From NCBI GenBank assembly GCA_963814585.1, contig CAWFDF010000010.1, positions 64,001-128,000 on the forward strand: a stretch of 64,000 nt of DNA, given 5' to 3'. Position numbers and translations under genes: made by a program. The DNA is from an uncultured delta proteobacterium (GTDB taxonomy: Bacteria; Myxococcota; Myxococcia; Myxococcales; Anaeromyxobacteraceae). Of this stretch, positions 53,663-64,000 are shown in pieces (position 1 is the first letter of the stretch; every line of letters starts with the position of its first letter). The notes under the pieces were generated by a model. It was not told where the DNA came from and made no database searches. It saw only the letters and a list, made by a program, of their open reading frames with translations.

Positions 53663-55841
53663 ATGCCCGCGGTCCGGCTCGCCTTCCTGTGGCACATGCA
53701 CCAGCCCCTGTACCGGGAGCCGGAGACGGGCGAGTACCTCATGCCATGGGTGCGGCTCCACGCCACCCGGGCCTACTACGACATGGCCTGGATGCTGGAC
53801 CGCCACCCCGGCATCCGCTGCACCGTCAACTTCACGCCGGTGCTGCTCGAGCAGCTGGAGGAGTACGTCGCCGGCACCGCCCGCGATCGCTTCCTCGACC
53901 TGACCGCCCGCCCTGCCGCCGACCTGTCGCCCGAGGAGCGGGAGGCGGTGCTGCGGCAGTTCTTCATGGTCGACTGGGAGACCAACATCCGGCCCCTGCC
54001 GCGCTACTGGGAGCTGCTCCACCGGCGCGGGCGCGACCTGCGCGCCGTCGACCTGCCGCGGGTGGCGGCCGGCTTCACCGCGCAGGAGCTGACCGACCTG
54101 CAGGTGCTCTTCAACCTCTCCTGGATCGGCTTCGGCGGGCTGCACGACCTCCCTGGCCTGCAGGCGCTGCGCGACAAGGGGCAGGGCTTCGACGCCGCCG
54201 ACCTCGACGAGGTGCTGGCGGCGCAGCGGTCGCTGCTGGCGGAGGTGGTGCCACGCTGGCGGGCGCTGGCAGGGCGGGGGCAGGTGGAGCTGAGCTCGAC
54301 CCCGTACTTCCACCCCATCCTGCCGCTGGTCTGCGACAGCGACGCCGCCCACCGGGCCCTCCCGGGGCTGGAGCTGCCGCCGCGCTTCCGCCGCGTGGAG
54401 GACGCCCGCTGGCAGGTGCGGGAGGCCATGCGGAGCCACGCCCGCCACTTCGGCGCGCCGCCGGCCGGGATGTGGCCGGCCGAGGGCTCGGTCTCGCCCG
54501 AGGCGCTCGAGGTGCTGGCCGGCGAGGGGGTGGGCTGGACCGCCTCCGACGAGGGCGTGCTCCTCCTCTCCCTGCCGCCGGAGGCGACCCGGACCGGGTC
54601 GGTCTACCGGCCCTGGCGGGTGGCGGCCGGGGATGGGCGGGAGCTGAGGATGCTCTTCCGCGACCGCTCGCTCTCCGACCTGATCGGCTTCAACTACGCC
54701 CGCGCCGAGGCCGGCGAGGCCTCGATCGACTTCACCGATCGCGTCGAGGAGATCGGCCGGGCCTGGGCGCGGGACGGCCACGACGGGCCGGCCACGGTGG
54801 GGGTCTTCCTCGACGGCGAGAACGCCTGGGAGCACTACCCGAACTCCGGGTTCGAGTTCCTCGACGCGCTCTGGAGCCGGCTCGAGGCGACGCCGGGGAT
54901 CACCACCACCTCCGTGGGCGACGCGGTCCGCGAGGCGGCCGGCCCGGTCATCCCGCGCATCCACTCCGGGAGCTGGATCGAGGCCTCCTACCGGATCTCG
55001 GATCGGCCACTCCGAGGACCGGCGGGGCTGGACCGTGCTGGGCCAGGCGCGCGAGGCGGTGGAGGCGGCCGAGCGGGCCGGCGGCGACGGGGAGCGGCTG
55101 GCGCGGGCCCGGCGCCACTGCTACGCGGCCGAGGGCTCCGACTGGTTCTGGTGGTACGGGGAGGACTTCGCCTCCGAGCAGCTGGCGGAGTTCGACGCCC
55201 TCTTCCGCGGCCACGTGGTGCAGGCGGCGCGGCTGGCCGGGGCGCCGGCCCCGCCCGAGGCGCTCAAGCCCATCAAGCGGGTGGAGGCGGCGGCCGCGGC
55301 CGCCGAGGCGCGGCCGCTGCGCGACCCGACCGTGCTCTTCACGCCCACGCTCGACGGGCGCGAGAGCACCTTCTTCGAGTGGCAGGGATCCGGGCTCTAC
55401 CGTCCGGGCCAGCCGCGCGGCTCCATGTACGGGGGCTCCCACGCCTTCGGCGTGCTCCGCTTCGGCTTCGACCTCGAGGCGCTCCACCTCCGGCTCGATC
55501 CGGCCGAGTCCTCGCCCCGCGCCGCCGAGGTGGGGAACCACCTGCGCGTCGAGCTGGTCAGCCGCGGCCGGCAGGTGGAGGTGGACTTCGAGCTGGCTCC
55601 CGACGGCCAGCGGCGGGACGGCCGCGCCCCGGGCGGCCAGGCGGCCGGGCAGGCCACCTTCCTCGACGTGCTGGAGCTCTCCATCCCCTTCGCCGCCCTC
55701 GGGTTGACCGCTGGTGACAAGGTGTCGCTGGCGGTCCACGTCCTGCGCAGCCAGGTGGAGGTGGAGCGGCTGCCCCGCTACGGCTTCGTCGGCGTGATCG
55801 TCCCCGACCGCGACTTCGACGGCGTCAACTGGCGGGTGTGA
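53663..55841 (+). pseudogene. Glycoside hydrolase family 57 (amylopullulanase-like) with a +1 frameshift at ~54999 (real or assembly error)
   Basis: WHMHQP, HPILPL, GMWPAEG, LDGENAWE, GSWI in the first frame; AEGSDWFWWYG in the next frame. ATC-TCGG-ATC becomes IWI if one C is removed. Confidence 0.85.
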
Positions 55842-56689
55842 CGGTGAGGCTGTCCCTCGGCATCTCCCCCTGTCCCAACGACACCTTCATCTTCGACGCG
55901 CTGGTGAACGGCCGGCTCGACACCGGCGGCCTGGAGCTGGAGGTGGTGCACGAGGACGTCCAGACGCTCAACCGGTGGGCCCTGGCCGGGAGGCTCGACG
56001 TCACCAAAGTGAGCTACGGCGTGCTGCCCGAGGTCAGCGGCGAGTACGCGCTGCTGGAGTCGGGCGGGGCGCTCGGGCACGGGGTCGGACCCCTGCTGGT
56101 GGCCCGCCCCGGCGTGGCCTTCGACCCGGCCCGCTCCAGCGTCGCCATCCCCGGGGAGCAGACCACCGCCCACCTGCTCTTCTCGCTGGTCCACCCCGGC
56201 GCCGCCGGGAAGCGCTTCATGGTCTTCTCGGAGATCGAGGGGGCGGTGGCGCGCGGCGAGGTGGACGCCGGCGTCATCATCCACGAGGGCCGCTTCACCT
56301 ACGCAGCCCGGGGGCTGGTGCCGCTGCTCGACCTCGGCCAGGCCTGGGAGGCCCGCACCGGCGCCCCCATCCCGCTCGGCGGCATCGTGGCGCGGCGCTC
56401 CCTGGGGGCCGTGACCCTGCGCCGGCTGGACGGGCTGGTCCGGGCCAGCCTCGAGGCGGCCCGGGCCGGGGGCGGCGCCCTGTCGCCCTACGTGAAGCGC
56501 CACGCGCAGGAGCTGGAGGAGGCGGTGATGCGCCAGCACATCGACCTCTACGTCAACGAGCACTCGCTGGCGCTGGGGGCCGGGGGCCGGCGCGCGGTCG
56601 AGATGCTGCTGGCGGTCCATGCCCGGCTGAACGGGCGGGCGCCGCTCACCGTCGAGGACGTCCTGGCGCCCCACCTGCTCGCTGGTTGA
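55838..56689 (+). CDS. mqnD: 1,4-dihydroxy-6-naphthoate synthase (futalosine pathway)
   Basis: SPCPNDTFIF, DVQTLN, GGALGHGVGP, IIHEGRFTY, PIPLGG, HIDLYVN. Confidence 0.94.
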   Translation: MTVRLSLGISPCPNDTFIFDALVNGRLDTGGLELEVVHEDVQTLNRWALAGRLDVTKVSYGVLPEVSGEYALLESGGALGHGVGPLLVARPGVAFDPARSSVAIPGEQTTAHLLFSLVHPGAAGKRFMVFSEIEGAVARGEVDAGVIIHEGRFTYAARGLVPLLDLGQAWEARTGAPIPLGGIVARRSLGAVTLRRLDGLVRASLEAARAGGGALSPYVKRHAQELEEAVMRQHIDLYVNEHSLALGAGGRRAVEMLLAVHARLNGRAPLTVEDVLAPHLLAG

Positions 56690-56782
56690 GCAGGCGGGGA
56701 CGGGCCGGCCGGGCCCCCGGAGCGCTGTCCCGCGCGCACGGGGACCTGTTCCGCGCAGGCTTTTCGGCTATGTTCCCCCGGC

Positions 56783-57964
56783 GTGAACAAGCAGCTCGGC
56801 ATCCTCCTCCTGGTCGTCTTCGTCGATCTCCTCGGTTTCGGGATGGTCATCCCGGTGATGCCGCGCTACGCGGCCGAGCTGGGGGCGCCCACCGCCTGGA
56901 TCGGCCTGCTCCTGACCGGCTACTCGGCGATGCAGTTCGTCTTCGCGCCCATCTGGGGGCGGCTCTCCGACCGGGTGGGGCGGCGGCCGGTGCTGCTGGC
57001 CTCCATCGGCATGACGGCGGTCGGGTTCGTCGGCTACTCCCTGGCCCCGACCTTCGGCTGGCTGCTGGCCTCCCGCCTCTTCGCCGGGGCGGCCACCGCC
57101 AACCTCGCCATCGCCCGGGCCTACGTGGCCGACGTCACCACGGTGGAGAACCGCGCCAAGGGCATGGGGATGATCGGCGCCTCCTTCGGGCTCGGCTTCA
57201 TCCTCGGTCCGGCCCTGGCCTCCTGGCTCTCACACTACTCGCTGGCTGCCCCGGGCTACGCCGCCGCGGCGCTGTCGCTCGTCAACCTGGTGGCCGCCTG
57301 GCTGATCCTGCCGGAGCCGTCGCAGCGGGTCGCCGCCCGCCACCGGCCGCGCTTCGAGGCCCTCACCGGCGAGCTCAGGCACCCGGGGATCCGGCGGCTG
57401 CTGCTCACCAGCTTCATCGCCATCCTGGCCTTCGCGGCGCTGGAGGCCACCTTCTCGCTCTTCGCCATGGACGTCTTCCAGCTCGACCAGACCCATGTCG
57501 GCTTCGTCTTCGCCTACATCGGCGTGGTGGCGGTGGTGATGCAGGGCGGCCTGATCGGACCGCTGACGCGCCGCTTCGGCGAGCGCCGGCTGCTGGTGAC
57601 GGGGCTGGCCCTGCAGGCCGTCACCTTCGTCATCCTCCCTTACGCCGGGACGCTGGGCGGGATGCTGGCGGTGCTGGCGCCCATGTCGATCGGCTCCGGG
57701 CTCACCCAGCCCTCGATCTCGTCGCTCCTCTCCCGCATGGCGAGGAAGGAGGACCAGGGCGGCACGCTCGGCATCGGCGAGAGCGCCTCGGCCATGGGGC
57801 GGATCATCGGCCCGGAGGCCGGAACGTTCACCTATAGTCATATCTCCTTCGCCTTCCCCTACGTGGCGGGGGGCGTGCTGATGGCCGTGGCGGCGGTGGT
57901 GGCGGCGACCCTGCTCCGGGCGCCCGTGACCCCGGCCGGCCCGGTGGCGCCGGGGAGGAGCTGA
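56783..57964 (+). CDS. MFS transporter, TetA-like drug:H+ antiporter family
   Basis: DLLGFGMVIP, GRLSDRVGRRP, GLGFILGP; multiple TM segments. Confidence 0.9.
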   Translation: MNKQLGILLLVVFVDLLGFGMVIPVMPRYAAELGAPTAWIGLLLTGYSAMQFVFAPIWGRLSDRVGRRPVLLASIGMTAVGFVGYSLAPTFGWLLASRLFAGAATANLAIARAYVADVTTVENRAKGMGMIGASFGLGFILGPALASWLSHYSLAAPGYAAAALSLVNLVAAWLILPEPSQRVAARHRPRFEALTGELRHPGIRRLLLTSFIAILAFAALEATFSLFAMDVFQLDQTHVGFVFAYIGVVAVVMQGGLIGPLTRRFGERRLLVTGLALQAVTFVILPYAGTLGGMLAVLAPMSIGSGLTQPSISSLLSRMARKEDQGGTLGIGESASAMGRIIGPEAGTFTYSHISFAFPYVAGGVLMAVAAVVAATLLRAPVTPAGPVAPGRS

Positions 57965-57967
57965 CCG

Positions 57968-58969
57968 ATGCCCGAGCTTCGCCGAGATCCCATCGTCGGC
58001 CGATGGGTGATCATCGCCACCGAGCGGGCCAGCCGCCCCAGCGACTTCAACCGCCCCGCGACGCGGCCGCCCAACGGGCTCTGCCCGTTCTGTCCCGGGC
58101 AGGAGGACAAGACCCCGCGCGAGGTCTACGTGCAGGGGCGGCCCCCCCCGCTGGAGCCCAACGGTCCGGGCTGGAAGGTCCGGGTGGTCCCGAACCGCTT
58201 CCCGGCCCTCAAGATCGAGGGGGAGCTCGACCGCAAGGCCGAGGGGATCTACGACGTGATGAACGGGATCGGCGCCCACGAGGTGGTGATCGAGACCCCG
58301 GAGCACCAGAAGCAGCTCAAGGACCTGGCCGACCAGGAGGTCACCGAGGTGCTGTTCGCCTTCAAGGCGCGCATCCTCGACCTGCGCAACGACCAGCGCT
58401 TCCGCTACATCCTGCTCTTCAAGAACCAGGGCCAGCAGGCGGGCGCCTCCATGGACCACGCCCACTCGCAGCTCATCGCCCTGCCGGTGACGCCCCGCCA
58501 GGTGCAGGACGAGATCGACGGCGCGCGCCGCCACTACGAGCACCGCGAGCGCTGCATCTTCTGCGACCTGGTCACCCAGGAGCGCAAGGACCGCGCCCGG
58601 CTGGTCTACGAGAACGAGGAGTTCGTGGTCTTCGCGCCCTGGGCGCCGCGCAGCCCGTTCGAGACCTGGATCGTGCCCAAGCGGCACGAGTCCAACTTCG
58701 AGGCCGAGCCCAAGGAGCGGCTGGGCCAGTGCGCCCAGGCGCTCCGCTCCACGCTGCGGCGGCTCTCCGCCGGCCTGGGCGATCCGCCCTTCAACTTCAT
58801 CCTCCACTCCAACCCGCTGCGCGACGCCCCCAGCCAGAGCTACCACTGGCACATCGAGCTGATGCCGGCGCTGACGCAGGTGGCCGGCTTCGAGTGGGGC
58901 TCGGGCTTCCACATCAACCCGGTGCCGCCCGAGGAGGCGGCCGAGTTCCTCCGCAAGGTCCTGGTCTAG
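57968..58969 (+). CDS. galT: GalT-family hexose-1-phosphate nucleotidylyltransferase
   Basis: ELRRDP, CPFCPG, VVPNRFPAL, GAHEV, HAHSQ (HxHxQ), YHWHIE. Confidence 0.9.
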   Translation: MPELRRDPIVGRWVIIATERASRPSDFNRPATRPPNGLCPFCPGQEDKTPREVYVQGRPPPLEPNGPGWKVRVVPNRFPALKIEGELDRKAEGIYDVMNGIGAHEVVIETPEHQKQLKDLADQEVTEVLFAFKARILDLRNDQRFRYILLFKNQGQQAGASMDHAHSQLIALPVTPRQVQDEIDGARRHYEHRERCIFCDLVTQERKDRARLVYENEEFVVFAPWAPRSPFETWIVPKRHESNFEAEPKERLGQCAQALRSTLRRLSAGLGDPPFNFILHSNPLRDAPSQSYHWHIELMPALTQVAGFEWGSGFHINPVPPEEAAEFLRKVLV

Positions 58970-58975
58970 CCCGAG

Positions 58976-60409
58976 ATGGAGCTGCTCTTCCTCGCCTCGG
59001 AGGTGGCGCCGCTCTCCAAGACCGGCGGGCTCGGCGACGTGCTGGGGGCGCTGCCGGCGGCGCTGGCGGCGGCCGGGGACGCGGTGGCGGTGGTCTCCCC
59101 GCGCTACGGCTTCATCGACGCCGCGCGGAGCGGGTTCACGCCGCGTGACCGGGCGGTGCGGGTGCGCGGCGAGGCCACCACCGTCTGGTCGCGGACGCAG
59201 GGGCGGCTCACCCAGTACCTCGTCGAGCACGAGCGGTTCTTCGGCTCCCGCCGCGCCGCCTACGCCGAGCACGGCCACGAGTACGGCGACAACGCCGAGC
59301 GCTTCGCCTACCTCTGCCGCGCCGGGCTGGAGGTGCCGGCCGCCTTCGGCCACCGGCCGGCGGTCGTGCACCTGAGCGACTGGCAGACGGCGCTGGCGGC
59401 GTGGCTGCTGCGCCACGAGCACGCCGGCGATCCGGCGCTGGCGCGGGCCCGCTCGGTCTTCACCATCCACAACCTCGCCTACCAGGGCTCCTACGCCAAG
59501 GAGCTGCTGCCGGCCATCGGCCTGCCCTGGGAGGTCTTCCGGCCCGACGGCGTCGAGTTCCACGACCGCCTCAACCTGATGAAGGCGGGGCTGGTCTTCG
59601 CCGACGCCATCACCACGGTCTCGCCCACCTACGCCCGCGAGATCACCACGCGCGAGGGGGGCGAGGGACTCGACGGGGTGCTGCGTGAGCGTGGTGGCCA
59701 GCTCACCGGGATCCTCAACGGCATCGACGTCGGGGAGTGGAACCCGGCCACCGATCCGCACCTGCCGGCCCACTTCGACGCCCATCGGCTGGCCGGCAAG
59801 GCCTCCTGCAAGCGATCCCTGCAGCAGGAGCTGGGGCTGCCGATCCGCGCCGAGGTGCCGCTGCTGGCGCTGGTGGGCCGCCTGGTGGACCAGAAGGGGA
59901 TCGACCTGGTGCTGGCGGCGCTGCCGGAGCTGCTCCACCGCGACCTGCAGGTGGCGATCCTGGGGAGCGGACGGCTCGACTGGGAGGAGGCGCTCCGGGA
60001 GTCGGCGCGCCACCACGGCGGGCGACTGGCGGTCCGCATCGGCTTCGACGAGGGGCTGGCCCACCGCATCGAGGCCGGCGCCGACCTCTTCCTCATGCCG
60101 AGCCGCTTCGAGCCCTGCGGCCTGAACCAGCTCTACTCGCTCCGCTACGGCACGGTGCCGGTGGTGCGGCGGGTGGGCGGGCTGGCCGACACGGTCGAGG
60201 ACTTCGACGGCTGGCGGCGCGGCACCGGCTTCACCTTCACCGACTACGACCACCGCGCCATGCTCACCGCGGTGCGCCGGGCCCTGGAGCTCTTCCGCGA
60301 TCGGCGGGCCTGGCACGCCATGATGCGGCGGGGGATGGAGCTCGACCACTCCTGGTCGCGGAGCGCGGAGCGCTACCGGGAGCTCTACCGGGGCCTGGTC
60401 GGAAGCTGA
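58976..60409 (+). CDS. glgA: Glycogen synthase
   Basis: KTGGLGDV, FTIHNLAYQG, GILNGID, QKGID, PSRFEPCGLNQ, GGLADTV. Confidence 0.96.
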   Translation: MELLFLASEVAPLSKTGGLGDVLGALPAALAAAGDAVAVVSPRYGFIDAARSGFTPRDRAVRVRGEATTVWSRTQGRLTQYLVEHERFFGSRRAAYAEHGHEYGDNAERFAYLCRAGLEVPAAFGHRPAVVHLSDWQTALAAWLLRHEHAGDPALARARSVFTIHNLAYQGSYAKELLPAIGLPWEVFRPDGVEFHDRLNLMKAGLVFADAITTVSPTYAREITTREGGEGLDGVLRERGGQLTGILNGIDVGEWNPATDPHLPAHFDAHRLAGKASCKRSLQQELGLPIRAEVPLLALVGRLVDQKGIDLVLAALPELLHRDLQVAILGSGRLDWEEALRESARHHGGRLAVRIGFDEGLAHRIEAGADLFLMPSRFEPCGLNQLYSLRYGTVPVVRRVGGLADTVEDFDGWRRGTGFTFTDYDHRAMLTAVRRALELFRDRRAWHAMMRRGMELDHSWSRSAERYRELYRGLVGS

Positions 60410-60498
60410 ACCGCAACGCGGCCGTGCTGGCCGGGCGGCCGTTCCACGCATGACTCGATCGCGCCGGATCGCCCGGCCCGGCCAGAGGGAGCCAGCGG

Positions 60499-61515
60499 AT
60501 GCTGATCGTGATGAAGCAAGGCGCCACCGCCGAGGAGGTCGAGGCGGTGGAGGAGCGGATCCGGTCGCTGGGCCTGACGCCCCACGCCATCCCAGGCGCC
60601 CAGCGGACCGCCATCGGCATCACCGGGAACAAGGGCGGCCTGGAGGGCTCGCCATTCGAGGGGCTCCCCGGCGTGCGGGAGGTGATCCGGGTCTCGCAGC
60701 CGTTCAAGCTGGTGAGCCGCGAGATGAAGGCCGACGACACGGTCATCGACGTGGGCGGGGTCCCGCTGGGAGGCCCGGCCATCGTGGTCATGGCCGGTCC
60801 GTGCTCGGTGGAGTCCCGCGAGCAGCTCCTGGCGGCGGCGCACGCCGTCAAGGCGGCCGGGGCGCGCTTCCTGCGCGGCGGCGCCTTCAAGCCGCGCACC
60901 AGCCCCTACGAGTTCCAGGGGATGGGCGAGGCCGGGCTCAAGCTGCTCGCCGAGGCGCGCGAGCAGACCGGCCTCAAGGTGGTCACCGAGGTGATGGACC
61001 CGGACGACCTGCCCATGTGCCTGGAGTACGCCGACGTGCTGCAGCTCGGGGCCCGCAACATGCAGAACTTCTCGCTGCTGAAGAGGCTGGGCGCGGTGAA
61101 GAAGCCCATCCTGCTGAAGCGCGGCCCGTCGGCCACCATCCGCGAGTGGCTCATGGCGGCCGAGTACGTGGTGGCCCACGGCAACTACCAGGTGGCCCTG
61201 TGCGAGCGGGGCATCCGCACCTTCGAGACCGCCACCCGCAACACCCTGGACCTCAACGCCGTGCCGGTGCTGAAGGCCCTCACCCACCTGCCGGTGGTGG
61301 TCGACCCGTCCCACGGCATCGGCATCCGGGCCCACGTGCCGGCCATGGCCCGCGCCGGCATCGCCGCCGGGGCCGACGCCATCATCGTGGAGGTCCATCC
61401 CAGGCCGGAGCAGGCGCTCAGCGACGGGCAGCAGTCGCTCACGCCGGCGGAGTTCGCCGAGCTGATGCGGCAGGTGCGGGTCATCGCCGGGGCCATCGGC
61501 CGGGCCATCGCCTAG
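60499..61515 (+). CDS. aroF: DAHP synthase class I-beta with N-terminal regulatory domain
   Basis: [41 protein letters not shown]. Confidence 0.94.
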   Translation: MLIVMKQGATAEEVEAVEERIRSLGLTPHAIPGAQRTAIGITGNKGGLEGSPFEGLPGVREVIRVSQPFKLVSREMKADDTVIDVGGVPLGGPAIVVMAGPCSVESREQLLAAAHAVKAAGARFLRGGAFKPRTSPYEFQGMGEAGLKLLAEAREQTGLKVVTEVMDPDDLPMCLEYADVLQLGARNMQNFSLLKRLGAVKKPILLKRGPSATIREWLMAAEYVVAHGNYQVALCERGIRTFETATRNTLDLNAVPVLKALTHLPVVVDPSHGIGIRAHVPAMARAGIAAGADAIIVEVHPRPEQALSDGQQSLTPAEFAELMRQVRVIAGAIGRAIA

Positions 61516-61642
61516 AAACGGTCCGCAGCCGGGAGACCGGCGCCGTCCTCGACCGGGGGCGCTGGTCAACGGCGAAGGGGCCTCGCCGTGCCGGCTGCTG
61601 ATCGCCAGCGGCCAGGCCCGGCCGCCTCCCGGGGCTCGGCGG

Positions 61643-62749
61643 TCAGCCCGCCCCGAACCGCCGCGCCGAGAAGGGCGCCAGCTCCACCGGCGGCGGCGTC
61701 CCCAGCACGCAGGCGGCGATGGCGTCGGCGGTGATGGGGCAGAGCAGGATGCCGTTGCGGGTGTGGCCGGTGGCGTAGAAGAGGCCGGGCACGGCGCCGG
61801 GGCCGAGGATGGGCTCGCCGTCGGGGCTGGCGGGGCGGAAGTTGGACCAGGTCTCGACCACCGGCGCCTGCGCGATGGCCGGAGCCAGCTCCATCCCCAC
61901 CTCGAGCACGTGGCGCAGCCCGCCGGCGGTCACCGCCTTCTCGAAGCCGACCTCCTCCATGGTGGAGCCGAGCAGGATCCGGCCGTCGCCGCGCGGCACC
62001 GCGTAGCCGAGGCCGGAGAAGACCACGCGCGTGAGGAGCGGCGGCTGGGTGGCGACCACCGCGATCTGGCCGCGCACCGGGCGCACCGCGTTGGCCGGCA
62101 GCCCGTGCCCGGCCACCTGGAGGCTCCAGGCGCCGGCCGCCAGCACCACCGCGCCGGCGTCGATCGGCCCGCGCTCGTGGTCCACGCCGACGGCGCGTCC
62201 GCCCTGGTGGCGGATCGCCAGCACCCGCCCGGTGAGGAAGCTGGCGCCGGCCCGCTGCGCCGCCACCGCCAGCGCCCGGCCCAGCGCCCTGGGATCGAGC
62301 GACCCCTCGTCCTCGAACCAGAGGGCGCCGCGCGCCTCGCTCGAGAGGCCGGGCTCCAGCCGCCGCACCTCGGCGTCGTCGAGCACGGTCACCGGCAGCC
62401 CGGCCGACTGGAGCTTGGCGGCCCGCCCCGCCAGCAGCCGGGCGTGGTCGTCGTCGAAGGCCACCTCCAGCGTGCCGCCGCCGCGGTGGCCGATGGTGAG
62501 CTCGCTCTCCCGCTCCAGCGCCTCGATGAAGGACGGGTAGCGGGCCAGCGAGGCCCGCCCCAGCGCGTAGAACGGCCCGGGCTCGAGTGCCTCGACGCCC
62601 GGTGAGAGGATCCCGCCGGCGGCGCTCGACGCCTCGGCGCCCGGGATGGCCCGCTCCAGCACCACCACCGAGCGGCCGGCCTGCGCCAGCCGCCACGCCA
62701 CCGCGCAGCCCTGCACGCCCGCCCCGATCACCACCACGTCGGCCTTCAT
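61643..62749 (-). CDS. thiO: Glycine oxidase ThiO / FAD-dependent D-amino-acid oxidase
   Basis: VIGAGVQG, ASSAAGGIL, PVRGQ, GSTMEEVGF, TGHTRNGILL. Confidence 0.85.
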   Translation of the reverse strand: MKADVVVIGAGVQGCAVAWRLAQAGRSVVVLERAIPGAEASSAAGGILSPGVEALEPGPFYALGRASLARYPSFIEALERESELTIGHRGGGTLEVAFDDDHARLLAGRAAKLQSAGLPVTVLDDAEVRRLEPGLSSEARGALWFEDEGSLDPRALGRALAVAAQRAGASFLTGRVLAIRHQGGRAVGVDHERGPIDAGAVVLAAGAWSLQVAGHGLPANAVRPVRGQIAVVATQPPLLTRVVFSGLGYAVPRGDGRILLGSTMEEVGFEKAVTAGGLRHVLEVGMELAPAIAQAPVVETWSNFRPASPDGEPILGPGAVPGLFYATGHTRNGILLCPITADAIAACVLGTPPPVELAPFSARRFGAG

Positions 62750-62848
62750 GGCGCGGGAGATTAGGACGTGGCCCGAGGCGATGCCAGCGGCGAGGCGCCG
62801 GCCGGGATCTGGCGAAGCGGGGGTGTGGAGGGAGGGAGACGACCGGCG

Positions 62849-63511
62849 CTAGGTCGTCGCGGCCAGGCCCGAGCCGTTGGTCGGCGGCCGGTGGCCGCGC
62901 GGTGCCAGCCCGTGGAGCAGCAGCTCGTGGACGTTGCGGCGCCAGGTCTCGGGGGACAGCGGGGACTCGACGAAGGGACGGGAGGCCTCCTGCGCCGACG
63001 CCAGCAGCGCGGCCAGGCCGCCCACCGTCACCACCGCCAGCACCGGGTCGATGTCGTTCTCCCGGCCGCCGGCCAGCGCGATGGCGGCCGCGGCGCGGCG
63101 GACCGGCTCGAGGAGCGACGGGTCGTCGCCGGCCAGCTGGGCCAGGTGCGGGGCGCCGTCGAGGTACTCGCGGATGAGCAGCTGCGCGCCCATCTGGTCC
63201 TTCATCATGGCGTCGAGGTAGGCCTCGACCACCGCGGCGGCCCCGCCCGGCCCGTGCTCCACCACCTCGGCGATGTCGACGGCCGCCTCCAGCCAGACGC
63301 TGCGGAGGAGGTCGAGGTAGAGGGCCTTCTTGGAGGACCAGTGCCGGTAGATCAGCGCCACGTTGCAGGCCGCACCGCGAGCGATGCCCTGCACCCGAGC
63401 GCCGTGGTAGCCGCGCTTGGAGAACTCGATGCGGGCTGCATTCCAGATCCGCTCGGCGATGCCGGAGCGGGGGGGACCCAAGCGACGCATGTTGGCGACT
63501 GAGCCGTCCAT
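62849..63511 (-). CDS. TetR/AcrR family transcriptional regulator
   Basis: RIWNAARIEFSKRGYHGARVQGIARGAACNVALIYRHWSSKKALY HTH. Confidence 0.9.
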   Translation of the reverse strand: MDGSVANMRRLGPPRSGIAERIWNAARIEFSKRGYHGARVQGIARGAACNVALIYRHWSSKKALYLDLLRSVWLEAAVDIAEVVEHGPGGAAAVVEAYLDAMMKDQMGAQLLIREYLDGAPHLAQLAGDDPSLLEPVRRAAAAIALAGGRENDIDPVLAVVTVGGLAALLASAQEASRPFVESPLSPETWRRNVHELLLHGLAPRGHRPPTNGSGLAATT

Positions 63512-63534
63512 GACGTAAATGCTTAGTCCCGGAA

Positions 63535-63548
63535 TTGACGGCGGTCAA
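63535..63548. promoter_or_regulatory. Palindrome between divergent tetR and dinB
   Basis: TTGAC-GGCG-GTCAA. Confidence 0.4.
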
Positions 63549-63599
63549 GTCCCTCACCCGATCGGGGGATCTGGCGGAGGCCCGGGGTAAGGTGGCGCC

Positions 63600-64000
63600 A
63601 TGCCGGGGCCCGGCCGGACCATCCTCCACCTCGATCTGGACGCCTTCTACGCGTCGGTGGAGCAGCTCGACGATCCGTCGCTCCGGGGCCGCCCGGTCAT
63701 CGTCGGGGGACCCAGCAACCGCGGCGTGGTCTGCGCCGCCAGCTACGAGGCCCGCCGCTTCGGCGTCCGCTCCGCCATGCCCACCAGCCAGGCCCGGCGG
63801 CTCTGCCCGGAGGGCGTCTTCCTGCACCCGCGCTTCGGCCGCTACGGGGAGCTCTCCGACCGGGTGTTCGGCGTCTACCGGCGCTACACCCCGCTGGTCG
63901 AGCCGCTCTCGCTCGACGAGGCCTTCCTCGACGTCACCGCCAGCCGGGCCCTCCACGGCGACGGGCCGTCGATCGCGGCGCGCATCAAGCGCGAGGTCCG
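63600..64000 (+). CDS. dinB: DNA polymerase IV (partial, runs off window end; not in ORF track)
   Basis: ATG 63600: [22 protein letters not shown]...[21 protein letters not shown]...[12 protein letters not shown]. Confidence 0.95.
   Translation, partial: MPGPGRTILHLDLDAFYASVEQLDDPSLRGRPVIVGGPSNRGVVCAASYEARRFGVRSAMPTSQARRLCPEGVFLHPRFGRYGELSDRVFGVYRRYTPLVEPLSLDEAFLDVTASRALHGDGPSIAARIKREV

Noticed and set aside
49952..54964. 1670-aa minus-strand ORF and other long antisense or alternate-frame ORFs (e.g. 57230-60451, 5214-7850, 253-2496)
   Set aside because: Shadow ORFs caused by stop-codon scarcity in high-GC DNA; they overlap well-supported genes and have no recognisable motifs.

Overview
Very GC-rich bacterial chromosomal segment. 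Gene content and protein style point to an Anaeromyxobacter-like member of the Myxococcota (inference). Most of it is core genome: yajQ, rnj, uvrD/pcrA, pabB-pabC fusion, add, ogt, glgC, argG, mreB, the rplI-rpsR-rpsF-pth-rplY block, kup, prs, spoVG, ispE, hpt, pntAB, a glycogen cluster (GH57, galT-like, glgA), mqnD, aroF, thiO and a partial dinB. There are two energy modules: a CbcL-like cytochrome c/b fusion plus a 12-heme cytochrome c coupled to a histidine kinase and sigma-54 activator behind an FNR/CRP-like promoter, and a group 3d HoxEFUYH hydrogenase divergent from pntAB. Accessory material: (i) a RAYT-like HUH/Y1 transposase flanked by inverted, partly tandem-amplified ~30-bp repeats and preceded by a sigma-54 -24/-12 motif; (ii) a 115-bp MITE-like hairpin element with a second half copy 21 kb away; (iii) a ~7.5-kb patch (42.8-50.3 kb) with a damaged HNH gene, VapBC, an unannotated 57-aa protein, an N-terminally truncated Ser/Thr kinase-TPR gene and an ECF sigma factor. 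hoxH and the GH57 gene each carry a +1 frameshift (possible assembly errors). Many genes look leaderless (TANNNT 6-9 nt before the start codon). No CRISPR array, rRNA or tRNA was recognised. All family calls come from reading motifs by eye; no database searches were run.
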